A stretch of 64,000 nt of DNA from an uncultured cyanobacterium (GCA_963740315.1 CAVUDP010000001.1:1216001-1280000), one strand, 5' to 3'; positions 40,786 to 51,817 are shown, counted from the stretch's first letter. The notes: generated by a model from the letters alone, not told the origin. Made by a program: numbers and translations.

Positions 40786-41973
40786 TTAAATCTTCTCTTT
40801 CGCTGAAGGAATCCCCAATTTATCCAAAGTATAATCAATCTGCTCTAAAAGTTGAAAATCTTCTTGAGGTAAAGCGTTAATACTATACTTTTCTAAAAAC
40901 GAAAACGCCTGTCTAAATTCATATGGTGTTGCTTCTATTGGTGAGTCAAAGTGACAGGGAATTATCCGCTTAAAGTCCCATCTAGCAATTTTATTAGCCC
41001 AATTAATAGTTTCTTCCGGTGCGCGATTTAGAATCAAAGTTTGTAAAATTGGTGCTACGAACAATCTACCATCACCCCGCAACGCTTCAAAACAAGGCTG
41101 CCAATCTTGCTTCCATTGGAAGGGATACAAGCCGAAATAAGCTTTTTTAGAACGTTCTGGTGCTTTGGAAGCGTTACGAAATACTTCCCCCCACTTCGGT
41201 ACATCTAAGACGCTGGGACGAAAATATAAACTAAATAAAGCAATACGCTGCCATCCTTTACGACGGTTTTCTGGAGTGTCTGCAACAACATCAGTTGCTT
41301 TATCTCTAGTGTGGAAAAGCAAAGGGTATGAGTCCAACTGAATAATTGCCGGAGGTTCTTCGGGTACGGAAACTATTGAATCGGTAACTAAAAGGGTTTT
41401 TGATGATTTATGCAGCAACGCTACTTCCGCAAATCTACCCGCACCCAGTTCGATGGGACCGAGAATTTCATAGTCAAATTGATTCGCAAAAGGTGTTTTA
41501 CTGCTGTCTTCGGGAAGTACTTGAGTGCGTTTTGCAGGTATTCCCAACCAACTTAAAGGAAGATTTACGGGAAAACTCCATTGTTTGGGTGCGACGAATA
41601 TCTGTGAATCGGGAAAACGTCTGGCGAAAGGACCAACAAATATTTTATGTTCTAAACCTGAGATAGTAGGCAAAATTATATACTTAATCCTTCCGTGTTC
41701 CGCCACTAATTCCTCTACAAGACGAACGCATTCTGGGGTTGGTGCGACTGGTGCATAAACCAGCAAACCACCTTCATTGAGCTTAACCACCGTCATGCGA
41801 ATAGGAACAACAACATAGAAAATGCCTTGAAGTTGGTCAAAAGTCCAAATGGTATCCTTAACTACTTCCTTACGGATTGTTCGCCGCTTTCCAAATGGGT
41901 AAATTGGCAAAGTAAACCAGAAGCGCCATGAATAATCTTTGGAATTACTTTGTTGTTCTAACGTTTCGAGCAT
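40786..41973 (-). CDS. DUF4336 protein (metallo-beta-lactamase-like)
   Basis: IRMTVVKL, YAPVAPT, EHKIF, LLVTD and IIPCHF. Confidence 0.85.
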   Translation of the reverse strand: MLETLEQQSNSKDYSWRFWFTLPIYPFGKRRTIRKEVVKDTIWTFDQLQGIFYVVVPIRMTVVKLNEGGLLVYAPVAPTPECVRLVEELVAEHGRIKYIILPTISGLEHKIFVGPFARRFPDSQIFVAPKQWSFPVNLPLSWLGIPAKRTQVLPEDSSKTPFANQFDYEILGPIELGAGRFAEVALLHKSSKTLLVTDSIVSVPEEPPAIIQLDSYPLLFHTRDKATDVVADTPENRRKGWQRIALFSLYFRPSVLDVPKWGEVFRNASKAPERSKKAYFGLYPFQWKQDWQPCFEALRGDGRLFVAPILQTLILNRAPEETINWANKIARWDFKRIIPCHFDSPIEATPYEFRQAFSFLEKYSINALPQEDFQLLEQIDYTLDKLGIPSAKEKI

Positions 41974-42207
41974 TTTCCTTTATTAGGGAGTAGGGAGTAG
42001 GGAGTAGGAGTTGGGACCACCGGAGTTAGGAGTTGGGAGTGCGCTAGTATTATACAAATTAAATGCGTAACAGCTTACTAGGAAGCAAGATACGAACACT
42101 ACCACAAATTAATTGCAACAACTATACATTACATCTATCACTGGTCACTGATTTATTATCCCATAAAGATTTCTGGACTTAAATTTTTAACACTGCTTCG
42201 ATGCTTA

Positions 42208-42410
42208 TTAAGTACTTAGGCAAAATTAATTGTGCATTTGTCCGAAGCGAGTGGAACGTTCACGCGGAGCGTGCGGCGAGGGCGAAACGAAGCATTCACC
42301 CGTAGGGTGCGGTTCATCGCAAAACCTTGAGAAAGATCCGCTGTCGCATGTCCTATCGGACACGCTGCGCTAACGCTTCGGACACAAATAATGAAGGCAC
42401 ACCCACTTAG
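42208..42410. mobile_element. Degenerate MITE containing stacked small dispersed elements
   Basis: AAGTACTTAGGCAAAATT left end and CACCCACTTA right end enclose GC-rich 20-40 bp units. One unit is shared with about 36017. Confidence 0.55.
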
Positions 42411-42637
42411 TTACCGCGATCGCGAACAGTATGGTTGATAGCAAGTTAAATTAAGGGACAAGAGCGCCATCTAAACAATTAAAGCATCAAGTTTCAACAA
42501 GCGATTATATTTTTAGATAATCAAAAATACTATAAATAGTTCAAATATGTGACCATTTTTTATAAATTTCGGCTTCTATTAATGGTATCTTTTTCGATAC
42601 AATGTATAAAAATGACTGTTCAAAATAAGGGGATATA

Positions 42638-43708
42638 ATGGTAGGACAATCCGTGCGTAATCAATTGCGTAATAAATTATTTGACACTAATATTGAGAAT
42701 TATCACGTTTTATTGACACCGCAAGAAGTTAAATCAAAATTACCTTTAACAGATAAAGCAGAAGCAAATGTTTCCAAATACAGACAAGAGTTAAAGGATA
42801 TATTAGATTTTCAAGATCGAAGAAAGTTTATCGTAATTGGTCCTTGTTCGATTCATAATACAGAATTAGCTTTAGAATATTCTCAAAGATTAAAGAAGCT
42901 TCAAGAAAAAGTTGAAGATAAATTGCTGTTAATTATGAGGGTTTATTTTGAAAAACCTAGAACAACAGTAGGCTGGAAAGGTTTAATTAACGATCCGGAT
43001 ATGGATGATTCTTTCGATATCGAGAAAGGCATCTTAACTGCACGGGAACTGCTCTTAAAAATTAATGAATTAGGATTGCCCGCAGGTACGGAAGCTTTAG
43101 ATCCGATTATACCTCAGTACATCAGCGAATTAATTTCTTGGTCTGCGATTGGGGCACGAACTGCTGAATCACAAACTCACCGGGAAATGTCCAGCGGGCT
43201 TTCCATGCCAGTCGGTTTTAAAAATGGTACCGATGGTAATATTAAAGTTGCTTTGAATGCTTTAGAGTCAGCTAAAAATAGCCATCATTTTCTAGGTTTA
43301 AATCGACAAGGACAAGTTAGTATTGTTCAAACCAAAGGAAATGATTACGGTCATATAATTTTACGTGGTGGTGGTGGGAAACCAAACTGCGATCGCGAAA
43401 ATGTAAAATCAGCAGAGGAGCAACTCAAAAAAGCAGATTTAACACCAAGAATTGTGGTTGATTGCAGTCACGGTAATTCTAATAAAGACTATAAATTGCA
43501 AGCTGGTGTTTTAGAAAATGTGGTGAAGCAAATAGCGGACGGCAACACATCTATCGTAGGGATGATGTTGGAATCTAATTTATATGAAGGCAATCAAAAG
43601 ATTCCTACTAATTTACAAGAGTTGAAGCATGGAGTTTCCGTGACTGATGCTTGTATTGGTTGGGAAGAAACAGAAAGAATTATTTTGGCTGCTCACGAAA
43701 AGCTGTAA
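42638..43708 (+). CDS. 3-deoxy-7-phosphoheptulonate (DAHP) synthase, class I-alpha (AroF/G/H type)
   Basis: GPCSIH, RVYFEKPRTTVGWKG, IGART, VGFKNGT, DCSHGN and SVTDACI. Confidence 0.96.
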   Translation: MVGQSVRNQLRNKLFDTNIENYHVLLTPQEVKSKLPLTDKAEANVSKYRQELKDILDFQDRRKFIVIGPCSIHNTELALEYSQRLKKLQEKVEDKLLLIMRVYFEKPRTTVGWKGLINDPDMDDSFDIEKGILTARELLLKINELGLPAGTEALDPIIPQYISELISWSAIGARTAESQTHREMSSGLSMPVGFKNGTDGNIKVALNALESAKNSHHFLGLNRQGQVSIVQTKGNDYGHIILRGGGGKPNCDRENVKSAEEQLKKADLTPRIVVDCSHGNSNKDYKLQAGVLENVVKQIADGNTSIVGMMLESNLYEGNQKIPTNLQELKHGVSVTDACIGWEETERIILAAHEKL

Positions 43709-43737
43709 TTGGTAAGCGGTGAATTTAGCTAATTTGC

Positions 43738-43769
43738 AACCTCTTTCTTTTTATTAGGAAAGAGGTTTT
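43738..43769. terminator. Hairpin between convergent genes
   Basis: AACCTCTTTC...GAAAGAGGTT stem followed by T residues. Confidence 0.6.
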
Positions 43770-43796
43770 CGACCGAAAATCCCTCTCCCCCTTTCT

Positions 43797-44873
43797 TCAG
43801 CATCCGTAATTAAAACCGTTGAATACTTCTTTTAATTGGTTGTTTTTATATTCATAGATAGTGAATGTAGTTGATTCGTAAACAGTGTTTTTTACAATTA
43901 CTTCTTTAACACCGTCGCTGTTAACGTCTAAAGTACTATATATGTCATAGTCAGGTTGTACTTGGCTGCTAATCACTTGCGGTTGTGAGTTGCTGTAATT
44001 TAGCCATAGGTTTGCATAGATACGAGGAGAGGTTTGGGATTGTGTGTTTTCTTTTCCTTTCCTAACTGTACCGAAAACTTCTAGATTACCATCATTATCA
44101 AGGTCAAATACAGACAGCTTTTCGACAACAAAATCTGAAGAAGCGTTTATATTTTGAGCTTTGGGTGATTCAGAAATAATAGTTTTTGCTTTTGCTAATA
44201 AATCTTGCTTGTAACGATTTAAATCGGCTTGTGATGGTTGCGGGTTTTTAGCAGAAGTGGAATTATAATTTTTAATCGCGTTCAGCCTTACGGCTGCGGC
44301 GATCGCACTACGGTATGTTTCGTCAATTTTATTACCGTTGAAATCTCTAGTTCTATTTCTAGATTTATCTGAGGGGATTTGATTAAAGGCTTCTGATAAT
44401 GATTGCTGATTCTGTACTTTCCCGGCTACAAAGTAAGAACAACTAAGCTGACTGACATCTAGGTTATCTACTGTTATATTACCGATTTTGTTGCGATCGC
44501 TAACTACTGTAAAATCTTTGATACCGTTTAATACACTTTTTTCTCGGTCATTTTCACTTAAAGTATATTTGTCAGAATTGTTGCTTACTAAAACCTTTCT
44601 TACCTTCTCGGTAATATTATTGCTAACATCAATATAGCTACCATTACGATATAAAGCAATAGGATAAATTTGACCTTGTAATTGTTGATTGGTGTTATCT
44701 TTTTTTACCTGAAGCAAGCTGATTAAATTAGTCTGCTGTTGTTGACTCGTTGATTCAGATTGATTGGTATTATCAGTTTGTTGCGATTCGGCTTTCGGTG
44801 TTTGACAAGCTGTTATGCTTTGAATGGCTAATCCAACCGCTAAATATGAACATTTTTTCATTACTGACAGCAT
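43797..44873 (-). CDS. Hypothetical lipoprotein with FG-GAP-like Ca-binding motifs
   Basis: Lipobox-like ITAC, a Gln/Ser/Thr-rich linker, DLDNDGNLE and DVNSDGVKE. Confidence 0.7.
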   Translation of the reverse strand: MLSVMKKCSYLAVGLAIQSITACQTPKAESQQTDNTNQSESTSQQQQTNLISLLQVKKDNTNQQLQGQIYPIALYRNGSYIDVSNNITEKVRKVLVSNNSDKYTLSENDREKSVLNGIKDFTVVSDRNKIGNITVDNLDVSQLSCSYFVAGKVQNQQSLSEAFNQIPSDKSRNRTRDFNGNKIDETYRSAIAAAVRLNAIKNYNSTSAKNPQPSQADLNRYKQDLLAKAKTIISESPKAQNINASSDFVVEKLSVFDLDNDGNLEVFGTVRKGKENTQSQTSPRIYANLWLNYSNSQPQVISSQVQPDYDIYSTLDVNSDGVKEVIVKNTVYESTTFTIYEYKNNQLKEVFNGFNYGC

Positions 44874-45008
44874 AATTTTTTGTTTGCTAAATAATTATTT
44901 TAATATTCTTGAAATAGCTGTGTATATATTGGTTCCCAAGATCAAAATGTAATTTAATAAAATATATCTGAAGTAATACTTATTCTGTCTTAAGATATAT
45001 AGGACTTA

Positions 45009-45138
45009 TATAGGACTCACATTTTATTTTTTAAAAACACGTAGCACCAACAATTCTTCTTTTTGGTGCGTTAGGCTGAAGCCATAACGCACCCTACAAA
45101 TACCTAATTTCATTCAAAATTCAAACCGGATTCCTATA
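45009..45138. mobile_element. MITE-like element (TATAGGA...TCCTATA) containing a REP-like hairpin
   Basis: Imperfect terminal inverted repeats. A homologous right half lies at 15274-15319. Confidence 0.6.
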
Positions 45139-45248
45139 AATCGTTAATGATAATTAAAAAAACCCGGCTTAAAAAAAAAACCGAGTTTATCAACACCTCA
45201 AATAAACTTATATTGAGATTTTATTTAATTTTCACCGATCGCTAAATT

Positions 45249-46409
45249 CTATGCGACAAAAATACCTTTCTGTTCGCCGGAATTTAGAGTAAAATCTCCT
45301 TCAGGGATATCAGTAAATGAACTACTAACAGCATCCGTTGTTAATGCAGAATCCATTGTTAATGCATCTGTTGTCACTGCGGCGCTTCTTAGAGTAGCTG
45401 CACTGGAAATTCCCGAAGCTATTGTTACTTTTCCAATTAAATCTCTACCGAAATCTTCAATTAAGAATATATTAAATCCATTTTTGTTTTGCTCGACATT
45501 ATAGGTTTCCCCACTACCTAATTGAATTTGCTCTCCAAAAGTAAAATCGGTAATCTTAGCAAAGTCTTTATCGCCAAAATCATCGTAAAAAGAACCAGAT
45601 TCATTACCTAAAACAAATTTATCGGTTCCACTTCCACCTGTTAAGATATCTTTTTCTCTTCTTACAGTATTTTGTACATCTGGATCTGCACCTGTTAAAG
45701 TATCATTTCCAGAACCACCATCCAAGGTGTCATTACCGAAAAGACCGATTAAAGTATCGTTTCCGCCATTCCCTGATAGTTGATTGTTTTTATTATTGCC
45801 GATAATAAAATCAGAGTTTTCGGTTCCTTTAACGTTGACAAAGTTTTCAACTACAAATTCAACAGAACCAAAGGTGGGAGTATCTTCTACTATTAACTGA
45901 TTTTCCGACAAATCGATAGTGAAAAATACAGGAGTTTCCCCACCACCGGAACCATCGATAGTATTATCTTGTTTTGGTGCGCCGACAATTCTTTCTATGT
46001 CTTGAATTTGACTTCCTTGACTATCTCCATTACCAATCAAACCTCGTGGAAGTAGGGTAATCTTTCGTCCTAAAAAGGTGTAGTCTAAAGTATCAAATCC
46101 ATCGCCACCGTTATAGAAATCATCCCCCAAACTACCGAAGATAGTATCATTACCACCTTTAGCTAAAACAAAGTCATTTCCAGGTGTACTAAAAAGTATT
46201 TCAGGATTATCGGTTCCTTCAATACGATTTGGTGCTGGCAGTATGGAATCAATGCTTAATCGCGCATTACTGGTGTTATCACCTTCTACTATAATTGTTG
46301 CTTCGGGAGTAGATCCACCGATGGGAAAATCAGGTTCGACAGGAATCGGTTGTCTTATTGGCTCATTTATAGAAATAACGGGAATTTCGGCGTTTTGAGC
46401 TTCAGCCAT
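45249..46409 (-). CDS. RTX/hemolysin-type calcium-binding secreted protein
   Basis: Multiple GGxGxD nonapeptides (GGDGFD, GNGGND, GGSGND, GGSGTD), plus DFAKITDF. Confidence 0.88.
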   Translation of the reverse strand: MAEAQNAEIPVISINEPIRQPIPVEPDFPIGGSTPEATIIVEGDNTSNARLSIDSILPAPNRIEGTDNPEILFSTPGNDFVLAKGGNDTIFGSLGDDFYNGGDGFDTLDYTFLGRKITLLPRGLIGNGDSQGSQIQDIERIVGAPKQDNTIDGSGGGETPVFFTIDLSENQLIVEDTPTFGSVEFVVENFVNVKGTENSDFIIGNNKNNQLSGNGGNDTLIGLFGNDTLDGGSGNDTLTGADPDVQNTVRREKDILTGGSGTDKFVLGNESGSFYDDFGDKDFAKITDFTFGEQIQLGSGETYNVEQNKNGFNIFLIEDFGRDLIGKVTIASGISSAATLRSAAVTTDALTMDSALTTDAVSSSFTDIPEGDFTLNSGEQKGIFVA

Positions 46410-46716
46410 AGGAATTCTCCTGGGTTGTTAGTGCTTTCAAAGGAATATTCTTTCTTGTTTTTTACCTTTATTTCTCACCGATATGAAAGAAAACCGAAAT
46501 TCTTTAATTTATAAAATGACAGCATCAAAAACTTAGCAAAAATGCCAACACATTTTGAACTTCGCGATCGGAGAATAAATCAAATCTGGACAAGGAATAA
46601 TCCCTGGATCATTCTCTCGTTAGTCAGACCACTTTTATAAACAATTCTGCTATCTTTACAATAACTTTATACACATAATTACCAACCTCTAATCTTTAAA
46701 CCGTATCTAAATTAAA

Positions 46717-46844
46717 TAGGACTTACGCAAAAGCAACGTAATTACGTCATTACGAGCGATAGCGACGTAATCGCAACAACTCTGCGATTGCTTCCCTACA
46801 CTGCGTTCCGGTCGCAATGACAAATCTCCGTTGCGTAAGTCCTG
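46717..46844. mobile_element. 128-bp MITE with AGGACTTACGCAA terminal inverted repeats
   Basis: Perfect 13-bp IR at 46718-46730 and 46831-46843, with an internal GTCATT...AATGAC palindromic unit. Confidence 0.8.
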
Positions 46845-47115
46845 TTAAAAAATAGTTATTATAATCACAACTATTAAGTATTTATATAGAAAGAAATCTA
46901 AAGTTGTAAAATTTCGGAAATAGCGATCGTTAAAGCATTATTCCTCACGGATTAAGTCTAAAGATAGATTTATATACTTGTCTTTAAAATTACTAAAAAA
47001 GGTAGTTAGTATATTCTTTAAAATAGATAGTCATCAAAAAATTATTTATTTGCGAGTTATCTAATATCATTAGAGTGGAGAAAATGCAAGCAAAACCAAA
47101 CCACTTAAAAAAGAA

Positions 47116-48366
47116 ATGACTTCTCCTAAACCAAGAGTCGCGATCGTTGGTGCTGGTTTTGCGGGTGTAGAAGCTGCAAAAAAGCTGGGTAAAAATGGAG
47201 TCAATGTTTTACTAATCGATCGCCATAATTATCATACTTTTATCCCAATGCTCTACCAAGTTGCCACCGCCGTAGTTTATCCCCACCAAATTATTTATCC
47301 TTTGCGTAGTTTATTTCGAGGTTTACCAACAGTAAATTTTTTGCAAGCGGATATTACAAAAATTGATTTACAGTTGCAAATTATTCATGCCGAAAATATC
47401 GCAATTGATTACGATTATTTAGTAATTGCTACGGGTAGTCAATCGCAATACCTCGGCGTAACCGGAGCGCCGGAAAACAGTTTCCCGATGCGGACTTTGT
47501 ATGATGCGATCGCCATCCGCAATCAAGTATTAAGTCGTTTTGAGCAAGCAGAGATTACCGACGATGAGGAAGAAAAAATACGGTTATTAACTTTTGTCAT
47601 AGTCGGTGGTGGTGCAACTGGTGTAGAGTTAGCTGGTAGTTTAAACGAATTGATTCACAGCGCTTTTAAAAAAGATTATCCTAGCTTAAATCGCGATCGC
47701 GCACGAGTCATACTTTTGCAATCGGGAGAACAGTTATTTCCTAGCTATCCCCAACAATTAGGAAACTACACCGAAAAATACTTGCGTCGTCACGGAGTCA
47801 AAGTACATCTGAATTCAAAAGTAAGTAAAGTCACTCCAGAAGCCGTTTATCTCGAAGATAATACATCTATATTTACAGATACAGTAATTTGGACTGCGGG
47901 AGTATTAGCCGCGACACCCGAAACCAAACAATCGGTAAAAACCGCTGCAAAAGATAAAATTATAGTCGAGCAAACCTTACAACTTTGCGGACATAAAAAT
48001 GTATATGGTGTAGGAGACGTTTCCTACGTTGATATTCAAGAAGAATTCAACGGAGTCGCACAAGAAGCAATTCAACAAGGAAAAACAGCAGCAGATAATA
48101 TACTCCGACAAATGCGCGGTGAATCACTCAAACCCTTTGATTATTTCAACAAAGGGCGTTTAGCAATTATTGGAAAACACGCAGGAGTCGGGAAAATAGG
48201 TAAATTCGCAATTAAAGGATTTATTGCTTGGTTTCTATGGTTAGAAGTTCATTTGTTATACCTTCCAGGAATTCGCAACCGTTTGGGAGTACTTGGAAAC
48301 TGGCTGAAAAATTATTTCTTCAGCGAAGGTGCATCGAGGGTTATTATTTCTACAGGCAATAAGTGA
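47116..48366 (+). CDS. Type II NAD(P)H:quinone oxidoreductase (NDH-2)
   Basis: GAGFAG, GGGATGVE, WTAGV, GD and AQEAIQQG. Confidence 0.93.
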   Translation: MTSPKPRVAIVGAGFAGVEAAKKLGKNGVNVLLIDRHNYHTFIPMLYQVATAVVYPHQIIYPLRSLFRGLPTVNFLQADITKIDLQLQIIHAENIAIDYDYLVIATGSQSQYLGVTGAPENSFPMRTLYDAIAIRNQVLSRFEQAEITDDEEEKIRLLTFVIVGGGATGVELAGSLNELIHSAFKKDYPSLNRDRARVILLQSGEQLFPSYPQQLGNYTEKYLRRHGVKVHLNSKVSKVTPEAVYLEDNTSIFTDTVIWTAGVLAATPETKQSVKTAAKDKIIVEQTLQLCGHKNVYGVGDVSYVDIQEEFNGVAQEAIQQGKTAADNILRQMRGESLKPFDYFNKGRLAIIGKHAGVGKIGKFAIKGFIAWFLWLEVHLLYLPGIRNRLGVLGNWLKNYFFSEGASRVIISTGNK

Positions 48367-48373
48367 CGGAGAG

Positions 48374-48533
48374 AGGGGGAAGAGGGGGAAGAGGGGGAAG
48401 AGGGGGAAGAGGGGGAAGAGGGGGAGAGTTAGGAATTATTATACCTTTGACCTTTAACATGCAGACCTTTGACCTAAAATAACCTTTAACCTTTGACCTA
48501 AAATAATCTAAAATCTAAAATCTAAAATCTAAA
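48374..48533. repeat. (GGGGAAGAG)n array, ACCTTTG-type heptamers and (AAATCTA)n
   Basis: Read directly. The ACATGCAGACCTTT core recurs inverted at about 7097 and 23216. Confidence 0.85.
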
Positions 48534-48540
48534 ATTCATT

Positions 48541-48978
48541 ATGGGCTTCAAAAAGTATATTCCGTTAATTGGTAGAGCTTTTCTCGCGGCGATTTTTCTT
48601 AAAGCTGCGGTTTCTAATACCCTTGGTTTTTCAGGTATTGTAGGAATGATGACCGAACGTGGTTTACCTTTTCCACCTTTATTACTTGCAGGTAATATTT
48701 TCTGTACTTTGGTGGGTGGACTTTCGATTTTATTCGGTTTTAAAGCACGTATAGGAGCAATTTTATTAATTATCTTTTTAGTTCCGACAACATTCGTTTT
48801 TCACAATGCTTTTACTAACCCTGATGAATGGAATGCTTTTCTCAAAAATTTCGGTTTAGTAGGTGCGATGTTGTTTATATATTATTACGGTACTGGTCCG
48901 GTTAGTTTGGATGCAGCATCAGCTACAAACGACTATGATGACACCTACGTTACGGAGTCAAATAGAACAAATGTATAA
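48541..48978 (+). CDS. DoxX family membrane protein
   Basis: LIGRAFL, GFKAR, FH, FLKN and GTGPVSLD. Confidence 0.88.
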   Translation: MGFKKYIPLIGRAFLAAIFLKAAVSNTLGFSGIVGMMTERGLPFPPLLLAGNIFCTLVGGLSILFGFKARIGAILLIIFLVPTTFVFHNAFTNPDEWNAFLKNFGLVGAMLFIYYYGTGPVSLDAASATNDYDDTYVTESNRTNV

Positions 48979-49405
48979 CCCAAAAGTCCAGTTGCGTAAT
49001 TCCGATATCGTTCTAGCTTACACGTTTTTACGGCTGGTTTTTGGTATCAATATGTTTGTGCATGGTTTAGTTAGACTTCCTAATATATCTGGCTTTGTAG
49101 ATTCTCAAGTAGGACTTTATAAAGACATTGCCATTCCTCCATTATTAATTGCAGGATCAGCTTATTTAATTCCCATTGTAGAATTTGCTGTAGGCTTGCT
49201 ATTAATTTTGGGGTTGCAAACTCGTAAAGCTTTGATAGCTAATTTTCTGCTGATGATGACTTTAATGTTTGGCGTTTGTTTGCTACAGAAATGGGATACG
49301 GCAGGTTCGCAATTAATTTATAATCTTGTCTTATTTATTTTGCTAGCTGGCTGTAGTTTCAATTTGATTTCTCTCGATAATTGGTTGAGTCGTAGGAAAG
49401 GATAG
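48971..49405 (+). CDS. DoxX family membrane protein (second, different subfamily)
   Basis: LRLVFGINMFVHG, EFAVG, GLQTR and SLD. ATG 48971 overlaps the preceding gene's end. Confidence 0.85.
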   Translation: MYNPKVQLRNSDIVLAYTFLRLVFGINMFVHGLVRLPNISGFVDSQVGLYKDIAIPPLLIAGSAYLIPIVEFAVGLLLILGLQTRKALIANFLLMMTLMFGVCLLQKWDTAGSQLIYNLVLFILLAGCSFNLISLDNWLSRRKG

Positions 49406-49488
49406 ATGGGGAGATTGGGGAGATGGGGAGATGGGGGGATGGGGAGATGGGGGGATGGGGAGATGGGGGGATGGGGAGACAAGGGGAA
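49406..49488 (+). repeat. (GGGGAGAT)n array
   Basis: Read directly. Confidence 0.9.
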
Positions 49489-49659
49489 GGACTTTACAGA
49501 AGATGAAGCTGAAAGTATTTTTACAAATATAAGCAATCACAACTGTAATAACTTGAAATGTTTGGGTTCGTAGTAAGGGCTTTAGCCCTTTCATTTGAGG
49601 GAACCAATACCCTTACTACGAACTTTTGCAAACCTGTGCGCTTCCTAAAGCCCCAATTA

Positions 49660-51213
49660 TCAACACCTCTTCAACTGACTTAAATGCACGACAATCTCAT
49701 CAATTGCATTTCTAACGGTTCTAATCGGCTGTTCGGTTTGATTCACCATAATACTGAATACTACCGGACCGTAATTCGGCGCGTTAACATATCCCGCAAG
49801 CGTTATCACACCAGTCATTGTTCCGGTTTTCGCTTGTACTAAAGCTTCTGGAGATATATCCTTAAAACGATTTTTTAATGTACCATTTTTACCCGCAACT
49901 GGTAGGGAAGCACGGAAAATTGCAGCATAGGGAGATTTCGCCATCCCTTGCAATGTCTGCACTAATGCTTGGGGACTAATTAAATCTTTGCGAGATAAAC
50001 CCGAACCGTCTACTAATTTATAACTTGCAGGGTCAACTCCAATATCTGCTAAAGTGTATTTCATCACTTCCAAACCTCTTTCAACGGTGGTTTGATTGTT
50101 CTCGAATCGCCTTTTAACGGCTAAGGCTTTCAATAAAGCTTCTGCATACAAATTATTACTGTTAATATTCGTCTCTGCAATTAATTGCGATAACGGTGGA
50201 GATTGCACTGCGGCTAACTCCCTTCCAGTACTCTGGCTTGTTCCCCGGTACATCCCTGCAACCGAAATTCCTTCTTTTGCTAAATTTTGACGGAAATGTT
50301 CTAAGAAATTTTGTATGGGATCGAAAACTGCGATCGCGGTTACATCAGGATTGGAATCTTCAGCTAGTTGTCCTTTTAAGTACAAGGTTTGTCCTTTTAA
50401 ATCGCGCTTAATTTCGATATAACCTTTTGTACCTTTAGCTGCTGTCACGGTTTGGTTAACAACTTTCCATCCAGATGCATCTACGGGATTATCCCATTTT
50501 AATAATAAAGGTCTACCAACTCTTTGAGGAAACAATCTAATTACAGCAGCATTTTCATTTAACATCAAACTGTTAACTGGTGCGCCGTAATAAAACTGTA
50601 TGTCTTCCCACATCCAACTTGGTTCGACTGCTTCCCCTTTAAAATAACCGTCATTAGCTATTAGTTGATTAACTCGACTAACACCTTTTTGACGCAATTG
50701 TTTCGCTAATACTGCAAGTTGTTCGGATTTTAAACTAGGATCTCCTCTACCCACCACTTGTACGACACCATTATTATTACCAAATACGGAAGTACGAATG
50801 CGATAGTTAGGACTTAATGCCTGTAATGCCGCCGCCGTTGTCATCAACTTGGTGACGGATGCTGGAGTGAAGTATTTACTAGCATTTTGGCTGTAAAGCG
50901 TTTGTGGGGAAGACTGATTTTGTACCAAAATACCCCAATGGGTTCTGTTAAATTGGGCGCGATTTGTTACACCATCCACAACCGAATTTAATTGAGAAGC
51001 GCAAAATCTATTTCCTGAAGGTGCAGGAGTATTTCTTGGAGGTGTAGGTGTAGGTATAGTTCTAGGAGGAACCGGGGCTGTAGGTGTAGGTATAGTCGGA
51101 GTTGTTGGGATTACAACTGGTGACTGTGTTTGTGCTGTTGCTGCTTGCTGATTAACGCCAATTTGAACGCCGAAGAATAATAATAGTAAACTTAGGGAAG
51201 ACTTTTTAGACAT
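49660..51213 (-). CDS. dacB: D-alanyl-D-alanine carboxypeptidase/endopeptidase (PBP4, S13)
   Basis: PASVTK (SxxK), SNN, DGSGLSR and AKTGT, with a signal peptide and Pro/Thr linker. Confidence 0.95.
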   Translation of the reverse strand: MSKKSSLSLLLLFFGVQIGVNQQAATAQTQSPVVIPTTPTIPTPTAPVPPRTIPTPTPPRNTPAPSGNRFCASQLNSVVDGVTNRAQFNRTHWGILVQNQSSPQTLYSQNASKYFTPASVTKLMTTAAALQALSPNYRIRTSVFGNNNGVVQVVGRGDPSLKSEQLAVLAKQLRQKGVSRVNQLIANDGYFKGEAVEPSWMWEDIQFYYGAPVNSLMLNENAAVIRLFPQRVGRPLLLKWDNPVDASGWKVVNQTVTAAKGTKGYIEIKRDLKGQTLYLKGQLAEDSNPDVTAIAVFDPIQNFLEHFRQNLAKEGISVAGMYRGTSQSTGRELAAVQSPPLSQLIAETNINSNNLYAEALLKALAVKRRFENNQTTVERGLEVMKYTLADIGVDPASYKLVDGSGLSRKDLISPQALVQTLQGMAKSPYAAIFRASLPVAGKNGTLKNRFKDISPEALVQAKTGTMTGVITLAGYVNAPNYGPVVFSIMVNQTEQPIRTVRNAIDEIVVHLSQLKRC

Positions 51214-51486
51214 TCGAGTAGCGGTAATTATTTGTATTTTATGTGTACTTTATGAGTGTTTTAGCGTTACCGAGGTTCCGCAATTGTTGTCATTAAAACA
51301 CGAATATAGTAATTTGGTTTGGTTAAATTGTTTTTTAAGAAAGGGGAAAGGCGAACAAAAAGTGTAGGTTCCTATTTCAATGCAGTCAGCTAAAATAATT
51401 AATCTATTAAAATTGTTACTATTTATTTTATGGTGCGTTATACTCCGCAATAACACAACCTAAAATTAAAAATCTATAATTGAGCG

Positions 51487-51817
51487 TAAGAGGATGTTTG
51501 AAAAGTAATAAATAAAACTTGCAAACTTTTAGATTGCCTTAAATCCCCCGCTAACTTGGGGCACTTTAGCCCCCCTTTTTAAAGCAGGGCTGTTTCATTC
51601 GATAAAGAAGGTAAATTGTCAATATGATTTGCAATGGTGAGAAGTCGGGTTTTTATAAAAATGTCAGGTTTTTACAGATACTCTTATATAAAAAACCCGA
51701 CTTCTATACTGGATTTTCAAACTTTTGAGGGAATGAAACAGCCCTGCCCTTTTTAAGGGGGGAAGGGGGGATCGTCCGATGATTTAGTTAAAAACGATAC
51801 TTATTAAACATCTTTTA
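51487..51817. mobile_element. Nested MITEs: outer AAGAGGATGTTT-type element and inner element 51585-51746
   Basis: Inner perfect 16-bp TIR CAGGGCTGTTTCATTC/GAATGAAACAGCCCTG with a near-perfect target duplication CCCTTTTTAA(A)G. Confidence 0.8.
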
